From contig CM102285.1 in assembly GCA_046563655.1 (NCBI GenBank), positions 14,756,001 to 14,820,000 on the forward strand: a DNA stretch of 64,000 nucleotides. The letters are read 5' to 3'. Shown piece after piece: positions 62,194 through 64,000 of this stretch (position 1 is the first letter of the stretch; each line of letters opens with the position of its first letter). Source of the DNA: Yuukianura sp. NJ FZ-2021. Its lineage: Eukaryota. The position numbers and the translations under genes were made by a program. A model generated the notes under the pieces. That model did not search any database and was not told the DNA's origin. It was given only the letters and a program-made list of their open reading frames with translations.

Positions 62194-64000
62194 ATGGGTA
62201 AATTAAAATTTAAAATTAAATGAATTAATTGTTTTATAATAGTTTTTAATTAGTTTTAAAACTAATTAATTGTTCTAGGGGGTGATGAGTCTTGGGTGAC
62301 ATTTGTGAGTGATGAAAGCGAGGCTTGGGCTTCCCTTGCTCTTGCGAGATCCATCAAGCGGACTTTCTCCACTAAAAAGTTGACGGCATTTGCAACTGAT
62401 GCTGTCTCTCCTGCTCTCAAGTGAGTCTATTTAAATGTAAATTTAATTCACATTTAAATTAAATAAGTTAATTAAATAATTACGTTATTTTAATATATTT
62501 ATATTTTGTTAGGTTTCTTCTGGAAGATGAATTTGACCTTGTAGTGACCGTGACCTCTACGGATCTGCGCTCTGAATCTCTGCACGGATCTTTGGCTAAG
62601 ATTTTGTGCTGGAAGTTGGCTCCCTGGAACAAGTGTGTGTATGTCCATCCCAATTCTCTGGTAAGGTCAACGTCAAAGTTTTTGCAGGGTCAAAGTCAAA
62701 CTTTTTGCTGGGTCAAAATCAAAGTAAAAGTATTTTCTTGACCAGGCTAAAAGTTTCTGCAGGGTCAAAGTCAAAGTCAAAGTTTTTGGTCAAAGTTAAG
62801 AGATGACATTTAACCAACATTTTTGTCACAGGTTTTGGAAAACTGCGATGAATTGTTTCGAAAAGACGAACTGGCAAGTACTTCCGGGGATACTTTGTCG
62901 CTTTTTGTGTTTCGTCCGAGTGCTAAAACGTTTTGGAGTCTGTTGCGTGCAGTTGAGAAGGGAAACTACGCTGATTTTGGAGAAGTTGTCCAGGAAAAGT
63001 TTCCAGGAATCAAGCGAAGAGTACTGGATGAAAAATATGGTGCTGCAGTGGGAGAAGAGGGAGTCAAAGTTGGGTAATGTTTAGAAATTTTTTTTTTAGT
63101 TTTTCAAAATCTTTCAAACTTTCCCAGTTTTCTTGATTTGGGCTTTTTCCTTTTCCAGGTCCAAGGGTCTCAAGCTGATCAACTTTGTTCAGCATCCTTG
63201 GAAAATGGACGGATCGAAGCAAAAGAAAATGGCGGAAGTAAACACCATTTTCGAAACTTACAACAAATAAGTTTCAAAATTTTATCGTTTTTATAATTTT
63301 GTTTGGTTCTAAAATTACTTTTTTGTAGAACTTTCTTTCCGTTTGGCATGAAATTTATTTCGGAGACGTTCTTCCGCTTGTTCAAAATTTGAAGGTAGGC
63401 AGACTCGCATCTCTGATAGTTGAATCATTAAATTCTTTCATTTTTCAAAATTTAAAATTATAATTATTATTTTTTTAAAAAAACTTTTTCAAAACACTTT
63501 TTTTTAGAAAACTGAAATTCGCCAAGCGTTAGTTGACTCTTTGGCTTCAAACGGCCTCCCACCAGGAACCTCTCCGCGTGACGCTCCAGAAATTCTGATT
63601 CCAGAAGAATTGTCCGACGCCGTGGCAATCGTTGGCATGAGTTGTCGTTTTCCCGGTGCAAATTCTGTTGCCGACTTCTGGAATTTTCTGATTGAAGGCC
63701 GAGATCCGATTCGGGAATACCCGGCAGATCGTCCGAACTACACCGACTGCCTCACTGACGACACTTACTTTGGAGCTGGATTTCTGACATGCCCAGTTGA
63801 CGAATTTGATGCTAAATTCTTTGGAATTAGTCCGCGTGAGGCTCCATTTGTGGATCCCCAGCAGAGACTTCTGCTGGAAGTGACTTGGGAGAGTCTGGAA
63901 GACGCTGGAATCAATCCGCACACGCTCAAGGAGTCTGACACTGGAGTGTTCATGGGCATTTGGCAACAAGACTACGATCGCTTTTTGCCCAACAAAGGCT
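62194..64000 (+). CDS. Type I polyketide synthase (5' partial) with an N-terminal glycogenin-like GT8 domain; exons 62194-62197, 62279-62420, 62513-62660, 62832-63073, 63159-63237, 63329-63394, 63508->64000
   Basis: Six GT-AG introns join in frame (681 nt = 227 codons of GT8-like sequence). A 36-aa linker follows, then the KS N-terminus VAIVGMSCRFPGA...FDAKFFGISPREA..DPQQRLLLEVTWESLEDAGI...TGVFMGI. The ORF track misses it because it runs off the window. Confidence 0.9.

Noticed and set aside
62194..63394. Stand-alone functional glycogenin gene
   Set aside because: The DxD motif and other catalytic motifs are lost, and the last GT8 exon ends at a good donor that joins the KS exon in frame.
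63547..63969. Minus-strand 140-aa and 64-aa ORFs in the ORF track
   Set aside because: They are antisense shadows of the + strand ketosynthase frame, which the track omits because it has no stop within the window.
63508..64000. Bacterial contamination or ordinary animal fatty acid synthase
   Set aside because: The segment is preceded by a normal spliceosomal acceptor and in-phase host-type exons, and its KS motifs match type I PKS better than FAS. A phylogeny is still needed for certainty.

Overview
Eukaryotic, gene-dense, AT-rich genomic DNA with many short spliceosomal introns. It is most consistent with a basal hexapod such as a springtail; this is an inference from the mix of an OBP-like gene, a Mu-class GST, an arthropod-type 5-HT7 receptor and a bacterial-like PKS. 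Hand-built exon models support about 18 genes: an unidentified 3' gene end, a TBC1D30-like RabGAP, two scramblase-like genes, 5-HT7, an RBR/HOIL-1-like E3, PRPF3, an EXD1/Egalitarian-like exonuclease, a SEC14-GOLD protein, MIM/MTSS1, DUS3L, a DUF4789-like secreted protein, a ~1535-aa Cys-free secreted protein, GST-mu, FARP/Cdep, an OBP-like gene, a possible GPI-anchored insulin-like protein, and the 5' end of a type I PKS. There are also MITEs, a long foldback element, a tRNA-derived element and several minisatellites. The standout is at the right edge (62194 to >64000). Six small exons encoding a catalytically degenerate glycogenin-like (GT8) domain splice in frame onto a bacterial-type type I PKS ketosynthase, giving an apparent host/HGT chimeric megasynthase. 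All family calls come from motif recognition by eye; no database searches were run, and splice models need RNA-seq confirmation.
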